Assembly (NCBI RefSeq): GCF_030028105.1
Contig: NC_092371.1
Location: 14,033,884-14,097,883 of the forward strand
From: Mobula birostris
Lineage: Eukaryota
Direction of reading: 5' to 3'
Length of the DNA: 64,000 nucleotides
The stretch's first letter is position 1, and every line of letters starts with the position of its first letter. A program made the position numbers and the translations under genes. Shown piece by piece: positions 1 to 10,339 of the stretch. The notes below the pieces were generated by a model. The model did no database searches. It had not been told where the DNA came from and was given only the letters and a program-made list of their open reading frames with translations.

Positions 1-664
1 TAGGTTTTGATATAAGAAGCAAGATCAGTAAATTTGTGGAGAAGAGAAAGAAGGGCGAAATAGTGGATAGTACGGTTAGTGTGAAAGTTAGCCTTTGTCG
101 AAGGGGTGATACCGAAGTGTTGTTGAAATGGATTATAAATGTTAACCCAGAATAACGCGAGGGGCTGCGGTTTGGGAGGATTAATGAGGAAAGGACATCT
201 GAAATGTGGAGGTTGAGGAACAGAAGGACCCTGGATTACAAGATCCAGTGATCCAGCAAGGTGGCATCTCACGTACATACTGTGATTATGAAGGCAAATG
301 GATATTGGCCTTTCATTAGTCAGGTTATTGAATAGAGAGGCAGGGAGGTTAGAGATCAACTTCATAACACGAAGTAAACAGCAGGAGGCCCTTCCACACA
401 TTTGAGGTAGACAAACAAGAGAGCATAGATTTAGTTTAAGGTAGAAGAGTTTCGGGGGGATCTGAAGAGGACCAGCTGTGGGTATGTCCTAGAATGGTTG
501 CAGCAGATTTGCTGACAGCATCTAAGAGGTGTCTGGATGTGTTCATTGATGAGTTAGACAGAAGCGTCTTGGCTAAGTGTAGGAAGATGGGATTAATGTG
601 GATTGGTGCCCATTGTGGTCGATATGATGAGCTGTATTGTCTGCTTCCCTGCTGTGCGTCTCTG
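1..664 (+). mobile_element. Old CR1 LINE 3' remnant
   Basis: Degenerate RT C-terminus (ANGILAFISQVIE-like) and CR1-type 3' UTR. Confidence 0.7.
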
Positions 665-672
665 TCAAAACG

Positions 673-734
673 ATGTCGTTTCGTTTGCGAGGATCGGTTG
701 TGTGCGTTGCTTTGCTTTCCTTGGGGTGCAGACG
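673..734 (+). CDS. Gene A candidate leader exon (frame off by +1 nt as written)
   Basis: ATG at 673 (A at -3) reads MSFRLRGSVVCVALLSLG and ends at a strong donor CG|GTAAGC. It is 62 nt (phase 2) whereas the C1 exon is phase 1. Removing one G from GGGG at 723-726 gives MSFRLRGSVVCVALLSLGADA-QPPT with an A-x-A cleavage site. Confidence 0.5.
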
Positions 735-764
735 GTAAGCTGATAGAAATGTAGAACATTAGCT

Positions 765-968
765 GAGCCTAATCACGGGACAATATACAATGACCAATTA
801 ACCCATTAACCAGTACGTCTTTGGACTGTGCGAGGAAACCGGAGCATTCTGAGGAAACCCACGCTTTCCACGGGGAATGGCGTTTCACGGAGACAAACTC
901 CTTACAGTGGACGCCGGGATTGAACTCCAAACTCCGACTCCTTGAAGTGTAATAGCGTTGCGCTAAGC
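765..968 (-). mobile_element. tRNA-derived V-SINE/HE1-like SINE
   Basis: Reverse complement of the GGGTTTCCTC...GCTCCGGTTTCCTC core, plus a tRNA-like head with a B box. Confidence 0.7.
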
Positions 969-1283
969 GTTCTGCTTCCGTGGCGCCAGTAAATGTATCG
1001 ATAAACCTATACAGAGGAGGGGTGGGAGATATAGCGAAGGCTTGAAGAAGGATGTTTCTCTCCGAGGGGCGTTGGGATCTCACTCCCTGAAGGGTAGCGA
1101 TGCAGCTGCTCGCTCAGTTATGTAGACGAACTATCACAGACAGAGGGCCTTGTAAACTAGAATTGGCACAGATATGTACCTGACCGCCAGAACGGAGAAG
1201 ATGGCCAGAATAGCATGTTTTTGAAACCGTGATTAAAATTGGCCATCCAACTAATACAGCGTTGTTGTGTTTTCCGCATTCAG

Positions 1284-1574
1284 CCCAGCCTCCCACGATA
1301 TTCCTTTTAGCGCCGCAAGCGGATGAAATTTCCCGGATGCAACTGGTGACCTTGATGTGTTTGGTGAGAGGCGTGTCTTCCGATTCCCTGAACATCCGAT
1401 GGAACATATCAGGAAATATCACAGAAGGTCTCGTTGATCCCCCGATATTTGATCCGGACGGAGGATACAGCGTTAGCAGCCGCTTCCAGATCCCGGCGGA
1501 AAGTTGGCGTAGCGGCGCCGTCTGCACTTGCGCCACTGAACATCTGGTCAGTGACATTGTGTCTTCTCAGAAAG
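1284..1574 (+). CDS. Gene A Ig C1-set domain exon
   Basis: Acceptor ttttccgcattcag, donor AAAG|gtaacg, 291 nt, phase 1-1. Peptide QPPTIFLLAP...LMCLVRG...IRWNISG...DGGYSVSSRFQIPAESWRSGAVCTC has the C1 hallmarks (A-strand P, B-strand C, C-strand W, YSxxSxL/FxI, W before the F strand). Confidence 0.9.
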
Positions 1575-2228
1575 GTAACGTAGAAACTAGAGATTCCCTT
1601 CAGCTTTATGACGCGAGGCCTTTCGGTCCTCTGTGTTTATGCCTAGTATCGAGCTAAATCCCACTCTCCAGCGCTGTCTCCGTGGCCCTAATGGCTCAAC
1701 TGTCGCATTCAGGTACTGCGTAAATGTGAGCAGAGCTTCTCCCCGCTCCCCACCGATCATTGAAACTCTCACCGCTCTTCGGTGAAGCCCTTTCCCTCAG
1801 TTCCTTCATCATCACTCAAAACTTACTTTAAATGGGCACTTCTTGTTTAGGCCACTCTGCTGAGGGAAATGCTCAGAATCAGATTTATTATCATTGACTT
1901 TTTATTCGTAATACAAAGTACATTTATTATCAAAGTAAGTATATGTCACGATATACTGCATTGAGATCACAGACATTCACAGTAGAACAAGAGAGAAATA
2001 CAGCAGAATTTGTGAAATGCTATGAATAACGACGACTGACAAACAACCGATGTACAAAGTCAAATTGTGCAAATAATAAATAAGTTGATAAATAATAATG
2101 AGTTGTAGAGCCCTTGGAAGTACTCATCTCCCGACACACGACTCCGATAAATTTTGGATAGATAAGCTTTAACTGTTACATGTATATCGAAAAATATAGT
2201 GAACTGCGTCTTTTCCGTCTAATCAAAT

Positions 2229-2467
2229 CAGCGAGGTGCGCTGGGGCAGCCCGTAAGTGCCGCCACGCTTCCGGCGGCAGTATAGCATGCCCCTAACTCA
2301 CTATCACAAACCCTACGTCCTTGGAATGTGGGGGCAAACCGGAGAACCCGGAGGAAACCCACGGGGTTACCGGGAGAATGTACAATCTCTTTACAAAGCA
2401 GCAGGAATCGAACCTCAATCTTTCAGCCGGCACCGTAAGTCGTTTCGCTAACCGATACGTTACCGCA
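2229..2467 (-). mobile_element. tRNA-derived V-SINE/HE1-like SINE
   Basis: B box GTTCGATTCC and core GGGTTTCCTCCGGGTTCTCCGGTTT on the minus strand. Confidence 0.75.
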
Positions 2468-4214
2468 GGACCCTATAAATTTCCCCATAGTCACCTCAGA
2501 ATTTATATAAAGGGGGAAACCAGTTACAAAACACGCAGTCCTTCATTCAGCTCATCACAAGACATAAGCAGTTCAGGCCCGAAAATGACCCATTCATCGC
2601 CGACTCTCTGTTGGTTAACCATTCCCCTCTCCAGACCAATACACCGCTTCGCAACGCTAGGCGCGCTTAACTTGTGAGCTACCTGTGACAGATGGATCAT
2701 TTCCGAACATGCGCGACCCTGCAGGTTCCAGTTCTCCTTTACCCATCATATTTGCTATGATCTCAAAAGTTAGTAAATTTCAAACACGAACCAAGTAACC
2801 GCCCTGGCCCGGATGTATATCTCTATGGGCCCTTTGAACGGAGCTCTTGTACGATTTAGATAGGTACATGGATGAAAGGAAAATGGAGAACATGTAGAAG
2901 GGGAGGATTACACTGATTTTAGAGTAAAAAGGTCGGCACAGCATCGTTATGCCTGTACTGTGCTGTACAGATTTCCTTTCCGTGATCTATTCATCTCAAA
3001 ATCTAGTCGCCACGGCTCTTGCATCTTGTTATTCACCTACACGGCGCCTTCTCTGTAACTGCAATTCACCAATATCTCGTTTTGTGCTACTTGGTGCTCT
3101 ATGTGCCGTATGATCTGTCTGGATGGCAAACTTTTCACTGCATCTCTGTTTATGTGATAATAATAAACCTGATACTAATTGCTATAAATTTCCTAGATTG
3201 ATTACATTCCAAATTAGACCCCAGTTGCAAAGGTTGCAAAGTAAAGTGACCCATCAGATCACTTTCAATGACATCCCCTCAGACTCTGCCAATCCTCAAT
3301 CTAGTGCTTGTTATTGGCCGAGTCAGGTCCCGAGACACCCTGCACCAGATCTCTGACCTTTGTATCCCCTTTAACCTTACCACATAGAAACGGAAATCAT
3401 ACTTGCTTTGAATCTTTATTGCCATATAGTTACCAGCAAGCCCTTCCTAACTGTGAGGCAGCGGGAATATCTGGTGGAATGCCACATGATCACGCGGAAA
3501 CGTGAACACTTCACAGAGAGGACATTCAAGAGCTAGATCGAAACCGTGTCCCTAGAGTCACGAGCTACTTTTACAGTAGAGTGGAGCAAGCATATCTGAG
3601 ACGGAGCGACACACACCGAATGACACTGGCCAGTACTCGAAGGATAATCAGAGACACCCTCTCCAGCTCTGAAAGGAATGTTGTAGTAAGGCGCGTTGAA
3701 GTTATCGGTATCAACCTAGTGTCAGACTAGAGCAGAAGTGGAAGAACATGTAAGTGCCACCAGGAGCCCAAGTACCAGTATGGGGTTGTTGGGCCGAATG
3801 GTCAGTTCCTGTGACGTGTAGGGAGCCATTTGGATAGACTGTTGTAGAGATCCGAAGTCAGTATTTTCAGAAGGAACGAGAGATTAGAGTATAAGATCAC
3901 AAGACATAGTGTTATTCAGCTCATCGAGTCTGTTCCGCTATTCCATCGTCGCTGCTTCACTATCCCCCTCAACCTTATTCTCCTCCCTTTTCCTGAAACC
4001 TCTGACGTTTTTGCTAATCGAGAAACCATCAACCTCCGCTTTAAATATATCAGTTGTAAACTCAGCTAGCTCCATCATGGCCAACACTCTCCTCAGTATC
4101 CAGGACACCTTCAAAAGGCCATGTTTCAAAAAGCGGCTTCTATCATTATGGACCCCATCACCCAGAACATGTTCTCTACGCATTGCTTCTCTCAAGATGG
4201 AAATATAAGAGTTG

Positions 4215-4490
4215 AAAAAACAATCTCAAAGTTTTAGGATCAGCTTCTTCCCCTCCGCCATCAGATATCTGAATGGACAATTAACCCATGAACACTACCT
4301 CACCATTTCCCTCTCTTTTTGCACTATATATTTAATTTGCAGACAGACAGACAGTCAGACAGTCAGACACATACAAATACTTCCTATTGTAATTTATAGT
4401 TTTGATTACTGTGCATTGCAATATACTGCTACAGCAAAACAGCAAGTCTCGCGACAAATACCTGATTCTGATTCTGACAATACGTTGAAT
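4215..4490 (+). mobile_element. Rex1/Babar-like LINE 3' end
   Basis: FRISFFPSAIRYLN C-terminal motif and (GATTCT)n tail. Confidence 0.6.
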
Positions 4491-4593
4491 TTATGTACAA
4501 TCTGTTGAGTAATTAGGACACACAGGCCAACAAATGCAGATTGGAACTGATGGTAAATTACTTTCAATTGAAAGTCGATTCTATGTTCTTCAG

Positions 4594-4713
4594 ACAGCCT
4601 GCAGGGGCAACTCTGTCATATGATTGCAATTGGCCTGGCGGCAACCCTCGTGTTACTTGCTATAGGGGTGACGACTGTGGCTATTAGGAAGTATCGGAAG
4701 GAACGCGAACCAG
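4594..4713 (+). CDS. Gene A connecting peptide + transmembrane exon
   Basis: Acceptor ctatgttcttcag, donor CCAG|gtaacg, 120 nt, phase 1-1. Reads DSLQGQLCHMIAIGLAATLVLLAIGVTTVAIRKYRKEREP: an uncharged 22-aa hydrophobic span, a basic stop-transfer segment and a juxtamembrane Cys. Confidence 0.85.
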
Positions 4714-4814
4714 GTAACGTGTTGGCCTTAACCTTATCATGACCTGAATTTCTCGCCAAACGGTGAATAATCCCTTTGAAGAAAAACTCACATCTAAACA
4801 TCTCTTTCAATCAG

Positions 4815-4873
4815 TAAAAGGAGAAACGGCAAGCAAAAGCACCACCACCCGGCGAAAGAATCGAGAACGTGAT
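4815..4873 (+). CDS. Gene A cytoplasmic exon 1
   Basis: Acceptor acatctctttcaatcag, donor GAT|gtaagt, 59 nt, phase 1-0, open in frame: VKGETASKSTTTRRKNRERD. Follows a 101-nt intron. Confidence 0.8.
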
Positions 4874-4880
4874 GTAAGTA

Positions 4881-5232
4881 CACTCAATTTCAGGTACACC
4901 TGTAAACCTACTCGTTAATGTGATACCCTGGTGTTTTCACGCACACCAGACTCTAGAACTTACAGAGGCTGGTTCAAAAAAAAAAGAAACAACATCCAGT
5001 GAGTGGCAGTGATTTGGACGAAAAGGACTTGTTAATGAGAGAGGTTGGAGGAGAATGGGCAGACTGGTTCAAGCTGACAGGAAGGCGGAAGTAACTTAAA
5101 TCATCACGTGTTACGACAATGGTGACAGAAGAGCGTCTCTGAGCGCTCAAAGCGTCGAACCTTGAAGTGAATGAGCTACAACAGCAGAATACCACACCGG
5201 GTTCCACTCCTGTACCCGATAATGCCATTTAC
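4881..5232 (+). mobile_element. Tc1-like non-autonomous DNA transposon fragment
   Basis: TA|CACTCA terminus and a transposase-derived segment shared with 48690-49118, 53796-54330 and about 38930-39040. Confidence 0.65.
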
Positions 5233-5859
5233 AAGCAGAGAATTGCTTTGCGCTTAGAATAGTACAACACAGGAACAGGTCCTTTAGCCTACGATGTTCT
5301 ATTGAGCTAATTGAATTAGTAACCAAATACCCAACTACACTAATCACTTCAGCTTGAAGAATATCCATATTCTTCAATTTCCAGCACATCTATGTACCTA
5401 TCGTAAAGCCTCTAGAACGGCTCTATCGCATTTGCCTCCACCAATGCCTTGGGCAGCGAATTCCGAGCTTCTACCATTCTCTGTGATAAAAAAGTGACCC
5501 GCACGTCTCCTTTGAACTTACCCCAGTTTACCTTAAGCACATGTCACGTTTTAACAATGTGGAAAAGTGATACTGTCTACTTTTTCTATCTGTGCCTCTC
5601 ATATTATGTAGATCTCTGTCAAATAGCCCCTCAGTCTCAGGGGTTCCAGAGAAAACAACCCAAGTTTGCTCAGGTTCAAGTTCAAGTTCAGTTTATTGTC
5701 ATGTATATCGCCAAAAGTAACAACGTTACTCCGGACCAAGTTGCACAACGCAGTACATATAACTTATACACCACACATTAAGTAATATAAACATAGTAAC
5801 CACAAATAAATTAAAAAAAATAATACGATGCATACGGCACAAGTCAAACATAAACAGTA

Positions 5860-6300
5860 CTTCATACGTGCTGAGATGTGGGTGGTGGCAGGGAATTTAG
5901 TAGTCTTAAGGCCTGTGGGATGAAGCTGTTCCCCACCCTAAAATTTCTGGTTTTAATACTCCGGTACCACCTGCCTGATGGTAGGGGATAAGAAAGATTG
6001 TTGAAGGAATGGGAGGGATTATTGACAATGCTAAGAATTCGTACGCAGGACCAGACTCTCCTTGTAGCAGATGCTCTACTTTCCAGACAGCATCCCAGAA
6101 TACTTCTTCTACACTTATCCAAAGCCTCAACTTCCTTCCTATAACGGAGCCGGCCAAAATTGAATACAATGCTGCCTGGAAAGTCTAACTGCTCGTTCTG
6201 TTAATCTCCAACATCATTTCCCGACTCTGGAACTCATTTTCTTGAGAGATAAAGGAAAGAATGCCATGTGCCTTCTGACCACCCTAACAAGCTGTGTCGC
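5860..6300 (-). mobile_element. Rex1-like LINE 3' fragment
   Basis: ORF peptide PSHSFNNLSYPLPSGRWYRSIKTR...NSFIPQALRLLN matches the Rex1 RT C-terminus pattern. Confidence 0.65.
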
Positions 6301-7750
6301 CACTTTCAGAGAGATACGGACTCAACTCCAAAATCCCTCTGTACGTCACGAGTGCTAAGGGTTTGTCATTAATAGTGTACCATCCCTTTATAATGCAACA
6401 GTTCCCATTTGGTGGGATTAAACTTCTCTGTCATTTTCCCGTATCTGCAACTGATCTGTATCCTTTGGCCGCCTTCTACACTGTCCACAACTTTGGTATC
6501 ATCTGCAAACTTACTAACCCACCCATTTACATTTTCATCCAGGTCATTTATATATATCACATATAACAGAGGTCCCAGCGGAGATCCCTGCAGGACACAG
6601 CCCTCCAGCTAGAATAAGTCCCTCTGTCTTCTATGGGAAAGCCTTTCTGAATCCATCACAGAACCCATGCAATCTTAATTTCCGATTGATCCTCCTATAT
6701 GGGACCTTGTCAAACGCCTTACTATCATCCATGTGGACAACATCCATATCTCTCCCTACAGGAAATCACCATCGTCACTTCGTCAAACTTCTTAATCAAG
6801 TTAGGAAGATACGACGTGCCCCGCACAAAGACAGGTTTTCCAAACGCTCATAAATCCGATCGTTAAGAATTATTTCCAGTAAATTCCCTACCACTGACGC
6901 GAGGCTCACCGGTCTATAATTCTAAAGATTATCCCTATTTCCTTTCAACAATAATGGAACATTAGCGACGTACCAGTTCTCTGAGTCATCGCCTGTGGCT
7001 GGAGAGGACACTGAGATATTGGTCAAGCCTCCAGCAATCTCATCTCTTGCCCCTCTCAATAACCCGGCGTATATCCTATCAAGACACCCACTTAACGTTC
7101 CTTAAGAGGCACAGTTAAGCCTCATTCGTTTTTTCATATTTGCACAAGCAAATTCGTACCCTCCACATTGACCTCGCCACCTTCCACATCTTTCTCCTTA
7201 AAACATAGAAAATAGGTGCAGGAGTAGGCCATTCGGCCCCTCGAGCCTGCACCGCTATTCAGTATGATCATGGCTGATCATCCAACTCAGAACCCTGTAC
7301 CAGCCTTCCCTCCATAGCCCCTGATCCCTTTAGCCGCAAGGGCCATATCTAACTCCCTCTCTCCTTGATGTTAAGCACTGAACCATATCCTTCACATCTA
7401 TGCACATGTTCCCTCATTTATCATTCAGTTGTCCTACCCGCTCCTAGTTATCGTCTTGCTCTTGATGTATGGATAGAACCCCCCGGAATCTCACTTTAAT
7501 CCGACTTCCCAATGACCTTCCATGGTCTTTTCTGGCCTTCCTCACCACTTCGAGTTAGCTTCTAGCTTCTTTATAATTCTTAAGGACTCTGATTGATTCT
7601 TTTTAGCTATGCAAACCTTTTTTTTAACCAAAAGATTCCCTTTCCTTCTGGACCAAATTCGCTGCCTGTCTCGATACTTGCGCCCAAACAGCTGCTCCCA
7701 GTTGACGTCCCGTAGTTTCTGTCCAATATTCTCCAAATTTACCCTGCTTG
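6300..7750 (-). mobile_element. Decayed CR1 fragments
   Basis: IYINDLDENVNGWVSKFADDTK RT motif and a CR1 3' tail at about 7200. Confidence 0.7.
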
Positions 7751-8415
7751 AATTTAATGGTATTTATAATAAATGTTCTCCCAGTGAAAGGTTAGTCACT
7801 AGGCCAAGCTCATTATCAAACTTCGCTTCAATTTTACCCCATCCTCTTTCTGGAACATCTGCACATTGATAGAGAAAACATTTAGGATTCACCAAACAAA
7901 TGTTGCACTGTATAAATATCTTTCTTTAAGAAGATCCCACTTGATATTAGGGAAGTTGAAATTACCTGCAACAACCGTGTTGTTTTTAGACCTTTGTGTA
8001 GGATTCATTGTCTTAGAACAAATTACAGATACGACAATAGAGAGGATGTAACACCAAACAATACACGATCGTGTGACACGTAGCTGGCCCCTCCCTGTCG
8101 GTGGGATGTCTTTAGACGAGGAGCGGTCGGGTTTCCAGACCCGCAGCAGCGAACATAGACACTGTTGGCATTAGTCCGCAACGGCGGCGTGCAGAGAACT
8201 TGGGAAGTCGTGGATTTGCGGAAGAAGAGAAAGAGTACAAGAGGGAATGGAATTGGACAGGGAATTTGTCGAGAATTCAGTTACAGGGAAACAACTTAAA
8301 AAGGAGTTACAGATCGGCGAGGAGATAGAGGGTGGAGTGTGCTGCATTGATAAAGGAGTTAAGGATTTGGACGAATTACACAGATAGCGAAAGGTTTAGA
8401 AGGGTGACACAGATA

Positions 8416-8565
8416 GAGGGTTTAGGGGCTGGAGGTGTCACACAGAGGGGTATAGGCGCTGGAGGGGTCACGCGGAGTGTATGCGGGCCGGAGGGGGTGT
8501 CACACAGAGGGGTATACGGGCTGGAGGGGTCACACGGAGTGTATACGGGCTGGAGGGGTTACGCA
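8416..8565. repeat. GC-rich minisatellite, about 29-32 bp unit, about 5 copies
   Basis: Repeats of ggaggggtcacac(a/g)gag(g/t)gtatacgggct. Confidence 0.8.
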
Positions 8566-9042
8566 AATATACTACCGTGCAGATGCCTAAACAGTCACAC
8601 AGAGAACAGTGCAGAGACTGAAGGGAGTTACATAGATAAGGAAGGGCGTTGATGCTGGTGGCGTCAGATGGGGAGGCAGACAGGGACGATGTAAGGCCGA
8701 AAGATACTGTATTTAAGGGACAACAAGACGTCCATGGGCTGTAGGATACAATGGATATATTAGGTCCAAGACAAGATTGCACAGAGCAAGGACCGAAGAA
8801 TAATATAGAAATCGGAAGGATATCACAGGGGCAGGTTCAGCGACCGAAATAGAGGGCCCTGAGTGTTTTAGTTGGTTGTAATCAGGGAAATTAAAGGTGA
8901 ATGAAACTCTTTGCTCCATAATATCACATTCTTTTGATTTGGAATTAACGCGTGATTAAGTTGCTCCATACACGCAATCTGGCGAGGAATGGTGCAGGGT
9001 GGAGATTGATACGGTAACCAATCTCATGTCATTCCCTTACAG

Positions 9043-9075
9043 ATCTACGCCCAGCTGGCGATTGATACGAACTGA
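9043..9075 (+). CDS. Gene A probable terminal coding exon with YxxL motif
   Basis: Strong acceptor tctcatgtcattcccttacag. Phase 0, matching the previous exon, gives IYAQLAIDTN*. Confidence 0.6.
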   Translation: MYAQLAIDTN

Positions 9076-9477
9076 TCTGGAAAGGCAGAGTGAATATTAT
9101 CCTGAGTGAACAACGAAAGATTTAGACCTTGTTTCGTTTGTGCGGAGCTAAAATAGCAACGTTTTTCAAGAGTCGTGTTAGTAACGGCACAAGCTGAGCA
9201 ACTTACAGTGTGGGAGCGACAAACCGGACCCGCTGAGACGAAAACGTGCACACTCGGAAGAAAGCCCACGCACAGGTGGCGCAAATGATTCACGGCGCCT
9301 TCGATCGCCGCATGCGCAGTTGTCATATTCCGGGATCTCTCCATCCAAAGCCTCACTCAGAGCTCCCTCAGTCTCAGACCAATCGGTAATAATGAACAAC
9401 GGTTAATCTGTGGTCTAATCCCTGATTATGTACAGTTTGCTACGATTGAAACTAACCCTTGTCCTAACTACTGCTTC

Positions 9478-9483
9478 AATAAA
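9478..9483 (+). terminator. Candidate polyadenylation signal of gene A
   Basis: AATAAA about 400 nt after the predicted stop and just before a CR1 begins. Confidence 0.3.
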
Positions 9484-9599
9484 TTATAATCTGGCACGAA
9501 ATATAGATTTTTTTCTTGGTCATCTAAACGTCTAATTGATGACGAGCCGCTTGTATGCAATTGTCCAAAGGTTGATTGCACAATCACCGCTGGAGCCAT

Positions 9600-10339
9600 G
9601 GATCCCGAATTCTCACTCCAGATCATGAGACGTTCCCAGTGATGGTACAGAAAGAGATTCATACATACAGGAGGTTAAGAAGATCATAGAGTTAAATGTG
9701 TGGCACAAGGATTGGTGTGGGAGAAGTAGGTTTGAATTCATGGGAAATTGGCACCAGTATTGGGGAAGGAGGGAGTTGTACCAATGGGACAGACTCCACC
9801 TGAACAGTGATGGGATCTGGATCCGAGCGAATCGCATAACTAGGGCTATGGATAGGGCTTTAAACTGAATAGTAGGGGTTGGGTTCAACAGATTGGAGAA
9901 GTAAAAGAGGAAAGTATGGATAAAGATAAAAAAGCATAAAAAAACAAAAAAGGAAAAATTAAGTTTGGAGTGAAGAAAACAGAAGTGCAAAAGAGTAAAT
10001 GATTACAAGATTTTAAAAGCACATTGACTGTAACAGCACCTGAATTGAATGCCCATAATATTCGTAGGAAGATCAGTAAGCTTGTGGTCCAAATTAGCAC
10101 AAAGGGGTATTATTTAGTGGCCATCACAGAAACGTGGTTGCAGGGTGGAGAGGATTAGAAATTGGATATCCAAGGATATCAGGCAATACGGAAGGATAGG
10201 CAGTAAGGTAAGTGCTCTTAATTAAAGGTGAGATCAGGGCGATACTGAGAGACGATATAAGATCTAAGGAGCAGAATGCTGAGATCATCTCGGTAGAGAT
10301 TAAGAATAGTAAAGGGGGAAAAAATCACTGGAGGAAGTT
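9600..10339 (+). mobile_element. Old CR1 (end of ORF1, start of ORF2 endonuclease), host of the Penelope insertion
   Basis: YYLVAITETWLQG-like APE motif. The sequence resumes after 13794. Confidence 0.75.
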
